A stretch of 63,681 bases of DNA, the filler included, from Octopus bimaculoides (lineage: Eukaryota), in the NCBI RefSeq assembly GCF_001194135.2. It is 5 parts of 5 records of this genome, joined end to end, with 100 filler letters (N's around TTAATTAATTAA, not from the genome) between each part and the next. Parts side by side here need not be neighbours in the genome. Positions count along the whole stretch, not along the records: positions 1 to 23,216 come from NC_068996.1; 4 more parts are not named here. The stretch is one strand, 5' to 3'. Below are positions 1 to 11,473 of the stretch, in pieces. The notes below the pieces were generated by a model. The model searched no databases. It was not told the DNA's origin and saw only the letters and a program-made list of their open reading frames with translations. Position 1 is the first letter of the stretch, and the number at the start of each line of letters is the position of its first letter. A program made the translations under genes and the position numbers.

Positions 1-639
1 GGGGAGAGGGGCGATCAATAAGGATCGTGTATTACAGTCAATGTAAAAAAAAGGGAACAGATTAGGTTTATCCGTGGAGAGAAAAACCTACGGAAAAAAC
101 CACGGTCACCTCAGGCTTTTTTTTTTTTTTTTAAAAAGGTACATGAAAGTAAGTACCTTCTCTCTTTTTGTTTCTTTTTGTTACAAGTTTATGCTTAAAA
201 TGGTGTCGTCTTTCATACTTACCATTCTTGCCACATTTACCCATTTTATTATTTATTATACAAAATATAGTAATATATAAATTTTGCTAAATTTGGATAT
301 ACATCTTGCCCCCTGTACCCTTAATGCCCATTTAGATCACATTGTGACCTCCTTTGTTTTCTATTTTAGGCCCCTTTTAAATTAATAATAATAAAATAGT
401 TTATGTTACCCCCTACCCTCCCTCTTTCTGGACATATATCATTACTTTACTGACGTCTTCTGAGACATGTTCCTTTATGTAGTGATAGCGAATTTGGATC
501 CACAGTAAAATAGGAGTAGGGAAAAGTATCTGATATTAATTAATTTATCACCAGCAGCGAGAACTTAACTGTTAATTGCCAGTGGTTTTAATTCTAAGTG
601 GATGTAGAATACTAGCTTACTAGTATTCTACTAGTTTAA

Positions 640-855
640 GGCAGTGAGCTGGCAGAAACATTAGCACACCGGGCGAAATGCTTAGTGGTATTTCGTCTGT
701 CGTTATGTTCTGAGTTCAAATTCCGCTGAGGTCGACTTTGGAGTCGATAAATTAAGTACCAGTTATGCACTAGGGTCAATGGAATCGATTTAATCCCTTT
801 GTCTGTCCTTGTTTGTCCCCTCTATGTTTGGCCCCTTGTGAGCAATAGAAAAATA
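640..855 (+). mobile_element. tRNA-derived SINE, family A
   Basis: GGCAGTGAGCTGGCAGAA head and box-B-like GAGTTCAAATTCC; same sequence recurs many times in the window (e.g. 30561-30790). Confidence 0.85.
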
Positions 856-1103
856 AGAATACTAGCTGCATTGGATCTTTTGATTGTGATGAGGAGATAA
901 ATAAGCGTAACTATATTACCATCTCTTGACCCCCATTGTTATTCTCTTCTGCCACTCCAAATTATAGTATTTTCTCCCTAAGTTCATTCTGCTACAGCAA
1001 TAGCTACAAGCATGTAATTCTTTTATTCTCTAGTCCTAATGAAAAATTTGCTGAAAAAAATTATAATGGAGTTTCCTGTATGTTGATAACCTATATAGTC
1101 TTA

Positions 1104-1190
1104 TGCATCTGAAGAAGGCAGTGTATTTCAAATTGGTGTGTTATTTGCATTGTTCAATTAAATGGAGCTGTCCGAAACAGCCGTAATGCA
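1104..1190 (+). ncRNA. Type I hammerhead ribozyme motif with long stem II
   Basis: TGCAT-CTGAAGA-AGGCAG[46 nt]CTGTCC-GAAAC-AGCC-GTA-ATGCA: 5-bp stem I, intact core; A10.1-C11.1 mismatch at base of stem II. Confidence 0.65.
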
Positions 1191-1298
1191 CTAATACCTG
1201 GAGATCTTTGTTACTTATTTGCTTTTTATTCACCTTATTTCAAGCTGTGCAGATAATACCAGACTGACTTCGTGCCTCAACTTAAGTACCTAATTCAA

Positions 1299-1367
1299 CT
1301 ATCTATCTATCTATCTATCTATCTATCGATGGATGGATAGATGGATGGATGGATGGATGGATGGATG

Positions 1368-1409
<42 letters not shown>

Positions 1410-1422
1410 CAGATAGATAGAT
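1299..1422. repeat. Compound microsatellite (CTAT)n-(GGAT)n-(GATA)n
   Basis: Directly visible; first and last tracts are reverse complements. Confidence 0.95.
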
Positions 1423-1980
1423 ATAGAAACATAAATCATCAGTAGTTCTTATAACCATAAAAGAAGCACACTCTAAAACATTAGAGCAGTAATATATTTT
1501 TTAAGAACTTGATTATGGCCAGTTGGAGATTGACCATTGGTTTTACACTTATAATGTGTTTAGCTATATAGGCCACTGGTCATTTGCGTCCGATGTGTCA
1601 CCTATACAGCTAAGCACTTTAGAGGCATGAAACCAATGATCACTCTCTGGTGGGTCATAACTTTTAACTTCCTACAAATATATATATATGTATATATATA
1701 TATTAAATTCAAATTACAACAAACGTAAATAAACAAGCAAAGCTTGCTTTTAGAAGCGTTGAGATGTCTTTTTTAGAAAGTTAAAGAAGTGACATTTTAA
1801 ATTCTCAATCGCAGAATAATGCTAATAATATAGCCTGAACAGGATAAACTATCCCTATTTTGCAGAGAAAAGTATAGGTGGCCAGGGCCACCTATACTTT
1901 TCTCTGCAAAATAGGGATAGTTTATCCTGTTCAGGATATATATATATATATGCATATACATAATTATACACACACACACA

Positions 1981-2027
<47 letters not shown>

Positions 2028-2465
2028 GTAAAACACAGCTTTTTAAATGGAAGGAAAAAAATTGATTTAAACAGTAGGAAACGTTAGCTGTGACAGGAAA
2101 TTATAAAGATGTAAACACAATCCCAATATGCTGTTAATGTACAAAAAAAAAAAAAACAAGTGAAATTTCTGATGATAACTGTTCCTCAGTGGTGACATAC
2201 TATGAAAAAACAAAATATTCAGCTGTTATATAATGCAGTTGCAAATTTAGATATAACCTCTGTGGATAATTTAATTTGCATATTTGTACTGGAAATGATT
2301 TGTCTTTAATTAAGTAATATGCATCTTATATACAACACAGTGTGTATCAGAAGGGCAGAAATAATTTTGGATGTTAAGAAGACCCATTATTGCTAGAGTC
2401 CTGTGATTACATTTCTATTAAAAAAATTTGAAGAAAATAAATACATTTTTATGTGTTTTTTTAAG

Positions 2466-2513
2466 ATTTTGGAAGAAAACAGAATATTGAAGAATGAGTT
2501 AAGACACCTCCAG
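2466..2513 (+). CDS. Internal exon of a coiled-coil protein (ILEENRILKNELRHLQ), phase 0-0
   Basis: tttttaag acceptor, CAG|gtgatt donor, 48 nt open, heptad-like; joins in frame to 4064 exon. Confidence 0.65.
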
Positions 2514-2580
2514 GTGATTATTTGCATTCACTTATTTTTTATCATGCTTCCTTTCCTTTTCATTTATTTACACAAATGTG

Positions 2581-3829
2581 CAGGGGTTGAACAAAATAGT
2601 AGACACTCCTTAAAATTTCAAACAAATTTATTTTAATATGAGGTACGACCGCCTTTGGCAGTAATTACAGCTTGAATTCTGTAAGGTATGGACTCATACA
2701 AAGTTTGAATTGTTTCCAAAGAAATTTTTGTCCATTCTTCAACTAAAACAGTCTCCAGTTCTTGTAGTGATGATTGTGGAAGATATAGACTCCTTACTTT
2801 TTTTTTAAATGCACCATAAATGTTCAATAATATTGAGATCTGCGGACTGTGGTGGCCAGATAAGATGTTCAACTAGAATGTTCCTCATGCCATTCAGTAA
2901 CAACTTTAGCTGTGTGAATTGGTGCATTATCATCCTGAAAGATTGTTTCCCTTCGGAAACAGTTCCGCAACCATAGGATGAATTCGATCAGATAAAATGC
3001 TTAAATAGTCTTGACAATTCATTCTGCCATAAAGGGAAACCATTGGGCTGGTGGATTTCCAAGATCATCACAGATCCTCCTCCATGTTTAACACTTGGAA
3101 GAAAACAGTCTGGGTCAAATGCTTCTTTTGGCTGTCTCCACATGTATACTCAGTTGGTGGTTGGAAATAAGGTAAAGGCTGACTCGTCCAAGAAAATAAC
3201 ATTCTTCCACTGCTCTAGGGACCAATTCTGTAGGGTTTTACTCCACTCTAAATGCTTTGCAACATTTGTTTTTGAAAGTAATGATTTTCTGACTGCAGCC
3301 TTCCCATGAAATCTGGCTTTGTACAGCTCCTGGCGAACAGCTTTTGTGGAAACTGGGTTCTTGAGGTGGTCATGAAGCTCTGCAGTAATTTTAGGAGCTG
3401 TACTTTTGTGATCCTCTCCAACAATTCGCATAAGAGTTTGACGGTCCCTATCTGAAAGTTTTGGTTTTCTTCCAGAGTTTTGTTTCGACGAGGAGGTTTT
3501 TCCCTCTTTCTCAAAGCTGTCATTACTTTCAAGATAGTGCTTCTTGATACACCAAACATTTTGGCTGTTTTCGTTATGCTAGCACCTGCCATACGAGCAC
3601 CAACAATTTGATTTCTTTGAAAGTCCGATAGATCTGTCATTTTAATGAATTTTAATTACCTTTTTCTGGTGATATCTGAAAAGAAACAGCAATTTTAGCA
3701 AGACATATTAAGCAACACTAATAATAAATAAAAAAACATAAAAATAAACAAGCTTTTGACAGTTTTATAGATATTTCAAAATTATGATGCTATGATGCTA
3801 GGTGTTTCCATTATTTTGTCCAACCCCTG
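2581..3829 (-). mobile_element. Full-length decayed Tc1-family DNA transposon
   Basis: Imperfect TIRs caggggttgaacaaaatagtagacac (2581) and gtgtttccattattttgtccaacccctg (ending 3829); TA on the right side. Confidence 0.92.
2633..3640 (-). pseudogene. Tc1 transposase pseudogene with frameshifts and stops
   Basis: MTDLSDFQRNQIVGARMAGASITKTAKMFGVSRST (HTH), WKNVIFLDESAF, VKHGGGSVMIW and AVITAKGGRTSY in different frames. Confidence 0.92.
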
Positions 3830-3840
3830 TATATGTTTGT

Positions 3841-3922
<82 letters not shown>

Positions 3923-4063
3923 AAGAGAGAGAGTGTATGTGTGCATGTGTGTTTTTTTTCTTGTGTGTTTGTGTAATTAACTAACACCTTTCCTCCTAAA
4001 ACTGCTAATATTGTGCCAAAATTTGAAACAGTCATTATTATTTTTTACCCCATTATCTTATAG

Positions 4064-4128
4064 AGTTCTCTGTTGACTTCTGAAAAACACTTAAGTGGAG
4101 CCAAAGAAGAAATCCAGAAACTGAATGA
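4064..4128 (+). CDS. Internal exon (SSLLTSEKHLSGAKEEIQKLNE), phase 0-2
   Basis: cattatcttatag acceptor, GA|gtataa donor; frame-compatible with exons on both sides. Confidence 0.65.
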
Positions 4129-4284
4129 GTATAACATTTTTTTTATTGTTTCAACACTCTTACACCCTACGCTATTATCAATCAAAATACCACCATTACT
4201 TATGTCTACCTTAACCTTACTTTAATTATGTATGTACATGTATGAAGGACAAATGGTCAAGGTATCCTAGCTGCCAGTAAGAGG

Positions 4285-4730
4285 CAGTAGATCATCTAGC
4301 AATGTTACCTATAATAGACCAGAGTCTTATCCAGGTGGAGGTATATCTTCCATCCTCTCTGTTGTGTTTCTGTACACAACACTATATTCTATATTGCCAC
4401 AGTCCACTTAGGTCCCACCAGATCATCTGGTAATGTTACCTATTACAGACTGTCCTATCCAGGTGGAGGCATATCTTTCTCCCTCACTGTTGTATTTTTA
4501 TACACAACACTCTACATTGCCACAGTCCACCTAGGTGCCATAAGACCATCTGGTAATGTTATCTGAGACAGACTGGTGTCCTATCCTGATGGAGGTTTAT
4601 CTCCCACCCTCCAGTAATGTTACCTATGATAAATTGGTGTCTTATCTTAGAGGAGGTTTATTTTGCTTCTCTGTTCTATTTGTATACACAACACCATATT
4701 CTATATTACCACCACAGTCCACCTAGTCCC
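4285..4730. repeat. Degenerate tandem repeat, ~125-130 bp unit, ~3.5 copies
   Basis: Recurring catctggtaatgttacc...tatcc...ggagg...tacacaacac...cacagtccac. Confidence 0.85.
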
Positions 4731-4797
4731 AAATTGTTCCAAAGTAAATTTTCTGACCACACATGTATGCCTGCACCTAAAGTATTTACCTCAACTA

Positions 4798-5174
4798 TGT
4801 TATGTTGGCACTCCGTCGCTCACGACGTCAAGTTGATCTGATCAACGGAACAGCCTGCTCGTGAAATTAACGTGCAAGTGGCTGAGCACTCCACAGACAC
4901 GTGTACCCTTAACGTAGTTCTCGGGGATATTCAGCGTGACACAGTGTGACAAGGCTGACCCTTTGAATTACAAGCACAACAGAAACAGGAAGTAAGAGTG
5001 AGAGAAAGTTGTGGTGAAAGAGTACAGCAGGGTTCGCCACCATCCCCTGCCGGAGCCTCGTGGAGCTTTAGGTGTTTTCGATCAATAAACACTCACAACG
5101 CCCGGTCTGGGAATCGAAACCGCGATCCTATGACCGCGAGTCCGCTGCCCTAACCACTGGGCCATTGTGCCTCC
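4798..5174 (-). mobile_element. Full-length tRNA-derived SINE, family B, with 12-bp TSD
   Basis: Minus-strand head GGAGGCACAATGGCCCAGTGGTTAGGGCAGCGGACTCGCGG...GGTTTCGATTCCC with A and B boxes; exact TSD TTACCTCAACTA at 4786-4797 and 5175-5186. Confidence 0.92.
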
Positions 5175-5210
5175 TTACCTCAACTAAACAGGGAACAAAA
5201 TACTTTACAG

Positions 5211-5515
5211 CAGTGCTACTCGAAGTGGTGGTCCGCAGACTGGTGCTGGTCCACAAGCCATCAGCTGCCAGTAGGCGGCAAGTTTCCAGAAAAGAAAGAA
5301 ACATTATAAAATGCTTATAAAATGCTTATGTAATATTGTATTATTTGTTGACAAAATAAATACAAGATAAAAAAATTGTCAACTTTTATTATATTCATTT
5401 ATATATTGTTTCTGATATAAATTAATATTACTAAGAAATATTACCGGTCTCTGGCACATTGGGGAAAAAAAAAAAAACTGCCAGTACGCCACATCAGATA
5501 GTATGAGACGTGCTA
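5211..5515. mobile_element. hAT-type MITE
   Basis: Begins CAGTGCTACTCGAAGT; exact 8-bp TSD CTTTACAG at 5203-5210 and 5516-5523. Confidence 0.85.
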
Positions 5516-5711
5516 CTTTACAGTATTTAGTACCTTCTATTCCACTAAGACCTTAATTCAAAAACTGTACAGGAATCAACTGTCTCTCTTTCACTTAAAT
5601 TTGATTAAGTAAAAAGCAGTTCTTTCCTTGATTATGCCATTCCTTATAAAAATTGCTCTATCCATATGTATCTCAATGCTGACTAAATTTACTTTCTGCT
5701 TTATTCTTCAG

Positions 5712-5792
5712 ACACAATAAAAAGCTTGATGACCTAGTAAGAAATTTAAGCCATGAGAACAAAATGTACTGTGAAATGATTAATTCATTAAG
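5712..5792 (+). CDS. Internal exon (HNKKLDDLVRNLSHENKMYCEMINSL), phase 2-2
   Basis: ctttattcttcag acceptor, strong AG|gtaaag donor, 81 nt open in the phase required by the 4064 exon. Confidence 0.7.
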
Positions 5793-6329
5793 GTAAAGAA
5801 CACTGATGAGGTATATGGAAGATAGTATAATGTGTCTACAGCTGTTGTGTAATTGTGACAGTAATTTAGTGAAATACATGTATGTTCTATAAAGCATTGC
5901 CATACCTGCTTTCTGTAATTAATTATAAATGTGCATGTGTGCTTATAAATACAAATGTGTGTGTGTGTGTGTGTGTACATATACATGGGTTTGTGTGTGT
6001 GTATAGTTTTAATTAAGTTCTTCTTAAGAGAGTTAAAACCAGTTGCTAACAAAGTGACAAGATATTTTGAGTTAAGAAATTTCCCAATGTTTGTAAATAT
6101 GTGGTTGAGTTGGTGTGTTGCACATACCCAAGTGTGCTTCTATTCAACTAAAGAATCTCAAATGGAGAATCTTTGGAACGTCTTACGAATTTTCACTGTG
6201 CCACTAACAGATCGAATTTAGAGAGTCTTCTTTTGTTTCTTTAGCTCTTTCTTAAAAACAAAACCATACAACTGTTGTGTAATTACAGCAGCAGTTTGAT
6301 GTTTCTTGTTGCTCTTTATTAAAAAAAAA

Positions 6330-7430
6330 ACTGAGTATTTTTTTGTAAATTTGTAGGTACATAGCCTAATGCATCTATGTTGACAGGTACAAATGAGAAT
6401 TTATAGTTAAGATACAAGAACTGTAATTTCCACATTAATTCACCATAAATGTTCACTTTCCCTGAATGTTTGATGGTACATTCATATCTGCTGGGCAGCT
6501 GACCTCTACAACAGTGCATGATTTTTGTTCCCTGTTCCCAGAATATCAGGTCTGTTCTGATTGCATTGAATTGCTGTTTTTATTGGCGTATTCCACCAGT
6601 ATCCTTTGTTTTTAAAGGTAAGAATACATTCTGGTTTTGACATGCCTTTGATGTATATGCCAAGACAATCTTCCCTGTGAATAACATTATAAATAGTCTT
6701 TGCAATTATATCCTGCCTCAAATAAAGTTCATATCACATAGACATTTTGGGGCAACTGTTGATGATGTAGGTGATATCTTCTAAAACTGTACAGCAGAAC
6801 TGACATTTTCTATCACAACATGGAAGTTTGGTGATATCTTTGTATCTCTTGTTTATCAAGTATTTAGTAGCTTAATTTCTGTTCCTGGATAGTAAAGATA
6901 TATCCTTCTAGATGGGATGTAATGTATCTATTGCAGGTCCAAGAGAGACTACTCTGCTTGTCAATGCTATTTTTGCCCTCTATCTTACAGGATATGTACC
7001 CATGCATTGCCTTTACTTCTCCTCCAAGCTTCTGTTCAGGTAGGCCAGTCCAGCCTCCTTTGGGTTGCACAAGACAATTGTATTCTCAGAGTACCTGCTC
7101 AGTAGTTCTTCTGCAACTCTGAAGATGTTATTGCTATCACTTTTGAGTATGCATGTAATGTACTCACTTCTTTCTTTAGTGTTCAGCATGTATTGCCTGA
7201 GTGATACAATGTAACATTCAATGGCTGTCTGGACTGACATTATGCTTCTGCTGACATCACTTCATCTCACATAGATCCTATCAGTGTCAATGTTAATGTG
7301 AAAGCTACCAGTAGTGGCCAGTACCTTTCTAGATTTGACGTCCAGGCTGCAGATCTCAAGTGGCTTGTACAATATCCTAAATATTGGTACTAGCACTGGC
7401 ATTGCAAAAGCATTGCAAGATATGGCCTTG
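6330..7430 (-). mobile_element. Decayed 3' half of an R4/Dong-like non-LTR retrotransposon (restriction-like endonuclease type)
   Basis: Fragments AFAMPVLV..LDVKSRKVL..FHINIDTDRIYVR, SLSW..LEGYIFTIQEQ, RQDIIAKTIY, WWNTPIKT..NQNRPDIL and NIYGELMWKLQFLY..FVPVNIDALG occur in the order expected for R4-clade ORFs. Confidence 0.8.
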
Positions 7431-7529
7431 TTAAATACAGACAGTTCTAAGTTCCATATTCTCTGAAGTCAACAGAAGTATAGATGTATATATATATGTG
7501 TGTGTGTGTATGTATGTAAATGTATGCAT

Positions 7530-7825
7530 GTATCAATGTAAGGTAATAACAGGGGACCATAAGTATTATTTCATAGATTCATGTGCTATAATTTGGAAAT
7601 CTAGATTTGATCATCATTATCATTCATACCAGTATAGAAGAAAAACTAATTCTACAAATCTAAGTAAATGCATTTGGAATTCAAAAGATAGAAACATTAA
7701 GTATGATTTAAAGTGGTCCTTTATTAGTTACACACCATCGTACAATACTGCTAATTCTAAATGTGATCTTTGCTTTGAGGAAATGTATTATATAATTACT
7801 TCTAAATTAATAATATTAAATTATG
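7530..7825 (+). mobile_element. Penelope-like element, GIY-YIG endonuclease C-terminal remnant
   Basis: YQCKV..WKSRFDHHYHSY..NSTNLSKCIWNSKDRNIKYDLKWSFI..SYNTANSKCDLCFEEMYYI resembles the PLE motif NH..SF...STELSKHIW.LK...I.W.I...Y.....C.LC..EK. Confidence 0.8.
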
Positions 7826-7934
7826 ATTGTAATTTTACACTGAAATTTTGTCACATATTTAGAAAAGCATTTAAATATTTCTATTTTAATCATAATTGCT
7901 TTTCATATAATATAATAAGCATGTGTATTTGTTT

Positions 7935-7987
7935 TGGAAGATTCCTGATGTGAAATCATGTTTTGAAACAGATATTGTTATATTCCA
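7935..7987 (+). ncRNA. Degenerate hammerhead relic downstream of the PLE ORF
   Basis: TGGAAGAT-tc-CTGATGT-GAAA(TCATG)TTTT-GAAAC-AGATATT-GTT-ATATTCCA; A9 is T and there are two extra nt before the core. Confidence 0.4.
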
Positions 7988-9459
7988 GGATGGTCAGGTT
8001 TTTTTTTTTTCCTTCCCAAATAAACACATGCACTATACATTCGTTTTTCACTTCAGATTTATTGTTCTTATTTTATGTTCTTTGTCTAAAAATCTTTCAT
8101 TACACATCCTCTGACCTCTTCAGCAACTCTCCATTCCATGTTCCCTCCTGCTCTGTTAAGTCCATTCTGTCTTTCTATGATGTGTATCTTTATTTGTGCA
8201 TGCGTTTGCATCTGTATGTGTGTGTCTGTGTATACACATATCCATGTGTTTTGTGTGTGTGTATATGGGTTTGTTAACTATATTGTTTGTATCCATCCCC
8301 TTTTAGTGTTTTCTTTCTATTTATTTACTCATTTATCTCGACTTTTTTTCCCATTTTTTCTTAGGTGTGTGTGTCTTTTGTGTGTGTATATGTGGGTATA
8401 TGTATTATACTGTTTGTATCTGTCTTTTTGGCTTTCTCCCATTTTGTCTTTAGTCATTATGTGGTGTAGAGTGGTGGTAGTGGTAGTGCTAGTGGGTGTT
8501 ATTGTTCTATTTGTGTTTTCTGTTGAGACTCAGTCTGTCTATTACTATGTGTGTGGAATGATGTCTATGTAACTCATGTGTAGTCCCAACCAAGCAAGAC
8601 TGTGTTATGCGTATGTGTAAGAAAAAAAAAGCACCTAAAAACAACTTTAGTGTTCATATTAATTTGTCAAATGTAATGCTTATTTGTTCACATCATTTTG
8701 AATTATTCAGGTTCAAGAGGGGTGTCTACAATATTTGCTTGTAACTTTGTAAATTTTTTTACACATAGATTTGAAATTTTATCAGTGGGTGCTTTATATA
8801 CCACTGGTTTATAGTTATGTAATTTTAGCTGATCTTGTTGAATAAATTTGACTTTTATGGGCAGGTAAATTTAATTAACAGGTGTAAAAGCAATAACATT
8901 ACAGATAAACACTGAAATTGAAATTTTCAATGCATCTTACCTGTTTGATTTGTTACTAAAATTATCCCTGAATGCAACCGACGAAAATTTTGCCCCTTTT
9001 CAAGATGAGGTACATAATTTGAATTAATTAAAATACAGGTATAACCGGTACAAGATTTTATTCTTTTGGTAAATAGCTCATACATCAGTGTGGAATAATT
9101 TTTTTCCACAATTTTTTTCTGGTGCATTCAATGTATCTGGCCTCCAAACCTGCTGCAAGCCACTTTTTTCCAGGAAAGAAAGGTGGGAAGGGTGGTGGTG
9201 ACCTTGAAGTTTCCCATCATGGGTATTTTGTTTCACAGGTCTTTTTTCATTTCCTGGTTATTTTGCATGCTTTCAACGAATGTGACATCAAAATCACATA
9301 TAAATTGCTTCTTTTTACAAAAAAGGAAAGATTTGGCTGTTATTTCCAGCATGCTCTGCTACCACATAACAACTATTTGCGTTCATACTGAAATATTTGT
9401 GTTCATACCGAAATAGCTACCAACTTTTTTTCCTTCCGTTTATTTTATCCACTTTATAG

Positions 9460-9617
9460 AAGTCAATATTTTCCCTGTTGATATCCACCTCAGTGAGGTC
9501 ACGGATCAAGTGGAAACACATCAAACACTGTTCCCTCTTGACAGGACTAAGAAAATTCTCACTGTCTCTACAAGTAACAAGCAAGTGGATTTGGTTTCAA
9601 GTCCTACAAGTTATTAA
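9460..9617 (+). CDS. Candidate terminal coding exon (..VNIFPVDIHLSEVTDQVETHQTLFPLDRTKKILTVSTSNKQVDLVSSPTSY*)
   Basis: Long polypyrimidine tract and ttatag acceptor (phase 1). An alternative cag acceptor at 9493 gives phase 2, matching the 5712 exon in the same frame. TAA at 9615-9617. Confidence 0.4.
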
Positions 9618-10286
9618 TAATAATAAGTGGTGTTATATCAGGGTTGAAAGAATGATGTGTACAATATTAAATATGCTAAGACAATCTGAAAACAATCGAA
9701 ACTTAAACGTTTACCGATTTTTATGAAACTATTGGATTAATGGACTTGAGTTAACGGAAGCTAAATGTAACGGAAGTAAATTAGTCCAAGAATGATTTCC
9801 AAAGTTAGCTTAAAAGTTAAATTGTTAACGAAAACGTTAACTTTGTGAATTAATGATTAACAGACTTATGCCCAGCTCTGTATGTGTGTGTATGTGTGTA
9901 TGTAATATATGAATGTTTGTATGTTCAAGTATAAAAATGTGGCATTTGTTGATGATAGAATATAAACTATTTGATAGAAGCAAACAAAAGACAACTTTGT
10001 TTTCTAAGTCTATTTCACATCTTCATTTTCCATTTCAAGCATATTTTGGATGGGTCTGTTCCAGTACAGTGATTCAGCGCTTATCCTGGTTTCTGCCATC
10101 CCTTTCCTGAAGTCCAGTGATTGACTCTCCTCACTTCTTCCCACATCTTCCTTTTTCATTAGATTTTTTCCATTCAGGTCATTATTGCTATTGTTCTGTG
10201 AAATACAATGTCAGAGTTTTGAGGATGGAATGGTCCTTGAAGCTGGAAGTCCCAGCAAGTATTGAAATGGCTTTGTTTCATTTTAA

Positions 10287-10502
10287 CCCTTTAGTGTTTA
10301 AACTCATCTTAATCTGCCCAAATATTCTACCTATTTTGTGTTCAAAATGGCCAGATTTGGCCTTTGATACCTTTCCTAAAATGTCCTAAAAATATGCAGT
10401 CACATCAATGAAATCTTGAGGCTATAAGATAATGCATAATTAATTCAAAACAGTGTGAATAAATAAACATTACCTTTAAAAGAATAATCTGAATGCTTAG
10501 GG
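10287..10502. mobile_element. piggyBac-like MITE
   Basis: ttaa-CCCTTTAG ... CTTAGGG-taaa. Confidence 0.6.
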
Positions 10503-10744
10503 TAAATTCTTTTTATTTTTTTTTTAGTCAAAGAGAAGGGTACATTTCAAGTCAAGATGATGCCATAGTAAATTTGGCTTCAACATTAAAAATAACAGAC
10601 AAGCAAGAGGCAAATGGAAACATGAAATGTAAATAAACATTACTCAAAGACTCTGCAACAGGTAATTTTGATTGACATTTTTATTTAATATTCTTGATTT
10701 TGAAGAACACTTTAAAGTAGATGCTTCACAACATATTGGCTACC

Positions 10745-11130
10745 AGGCAAATCAAGGGCCTTATAGTATTAATTTACTGACAAGTCACAGCATGCATAGA
10801 TCAACATGGAGTCCCCATACTTGTGAGGCCACTAGACAAATCAATGCCCTGAGCCCTATGGTACTTATTTGTTAACAGTAAGCCACAACATACATAGAGC
10901 ATAATTGAGCCCCTAGACCAGTGAGGCCCCTGAATAGAACAATGCACTGGACCCTATAGCATTTATTTATTGACAGTGAGCCACAACATATATAGAGCAT
11001 AATTGAGCCCCTAGGCCCATGAGACACCTGAGCAAATTAATGCACTGGGCCATGTCATATTTATTTATTGACAAGTCACAGTATACATAGATCAGAATTG
11101 GGGCCTCTAGACCTGTGAGGACCCCAAGCA
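10745..11130. repeat. Degenerate tandem repeat, ~95-bp unit, ~4 copies
   Basis: Recurring tttattgaca..g.cacaacata.atagagcataattgagcccctag. Confidence 0.8.
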
Positions 11131-11473
11131 TCTGCTTAGTGTGCCCATGCCTTCTGACAGCACTGTTTTTGAAGTTGCTATATATAACCTCATGAACTTT
11201 GCATGTCTATACACACCTTCTTGTATCATGTCACTTCACAATAAAATCTCTTAATGAAATATTTGTAGATATACTCTAAAATACATTCACCCATGTTATT
11301 ATTTTATTACACCATGCCTAAAGTTCCATATTACATTGGATAATCTTGGATTTGCAACATGCTGAAGACCAGTGAACTTAACTTCCTTGATGCATTCTTT
11401 GCAAATTGACTGGATCGTTCTGTCTGTTGGTTTGTGGCATACTGTCTAATCAATTGTAGGCAATTATGCCACC

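Noticed and set aside
445-475. Hammerhead-like CTGACGT-CTTCT-GAGAC-ATGT
   Set aside because: Two invariant core positions are altered and there are no convincing stems I or II.
5095-5174. tRNA gene
   Set aside because: tRNA-like head continues into a SINE body bounded by a TSD and has no proper acceptor stem.
8829-9009. Short open segments LILLNKFDFYGQ and INTEIEIF..PFQDE with splice-like ends
   Set aside because: Their phases (0 or 1 entry) do not match the phase 2 exit of the 5712 exon, and support is too weak on its own.
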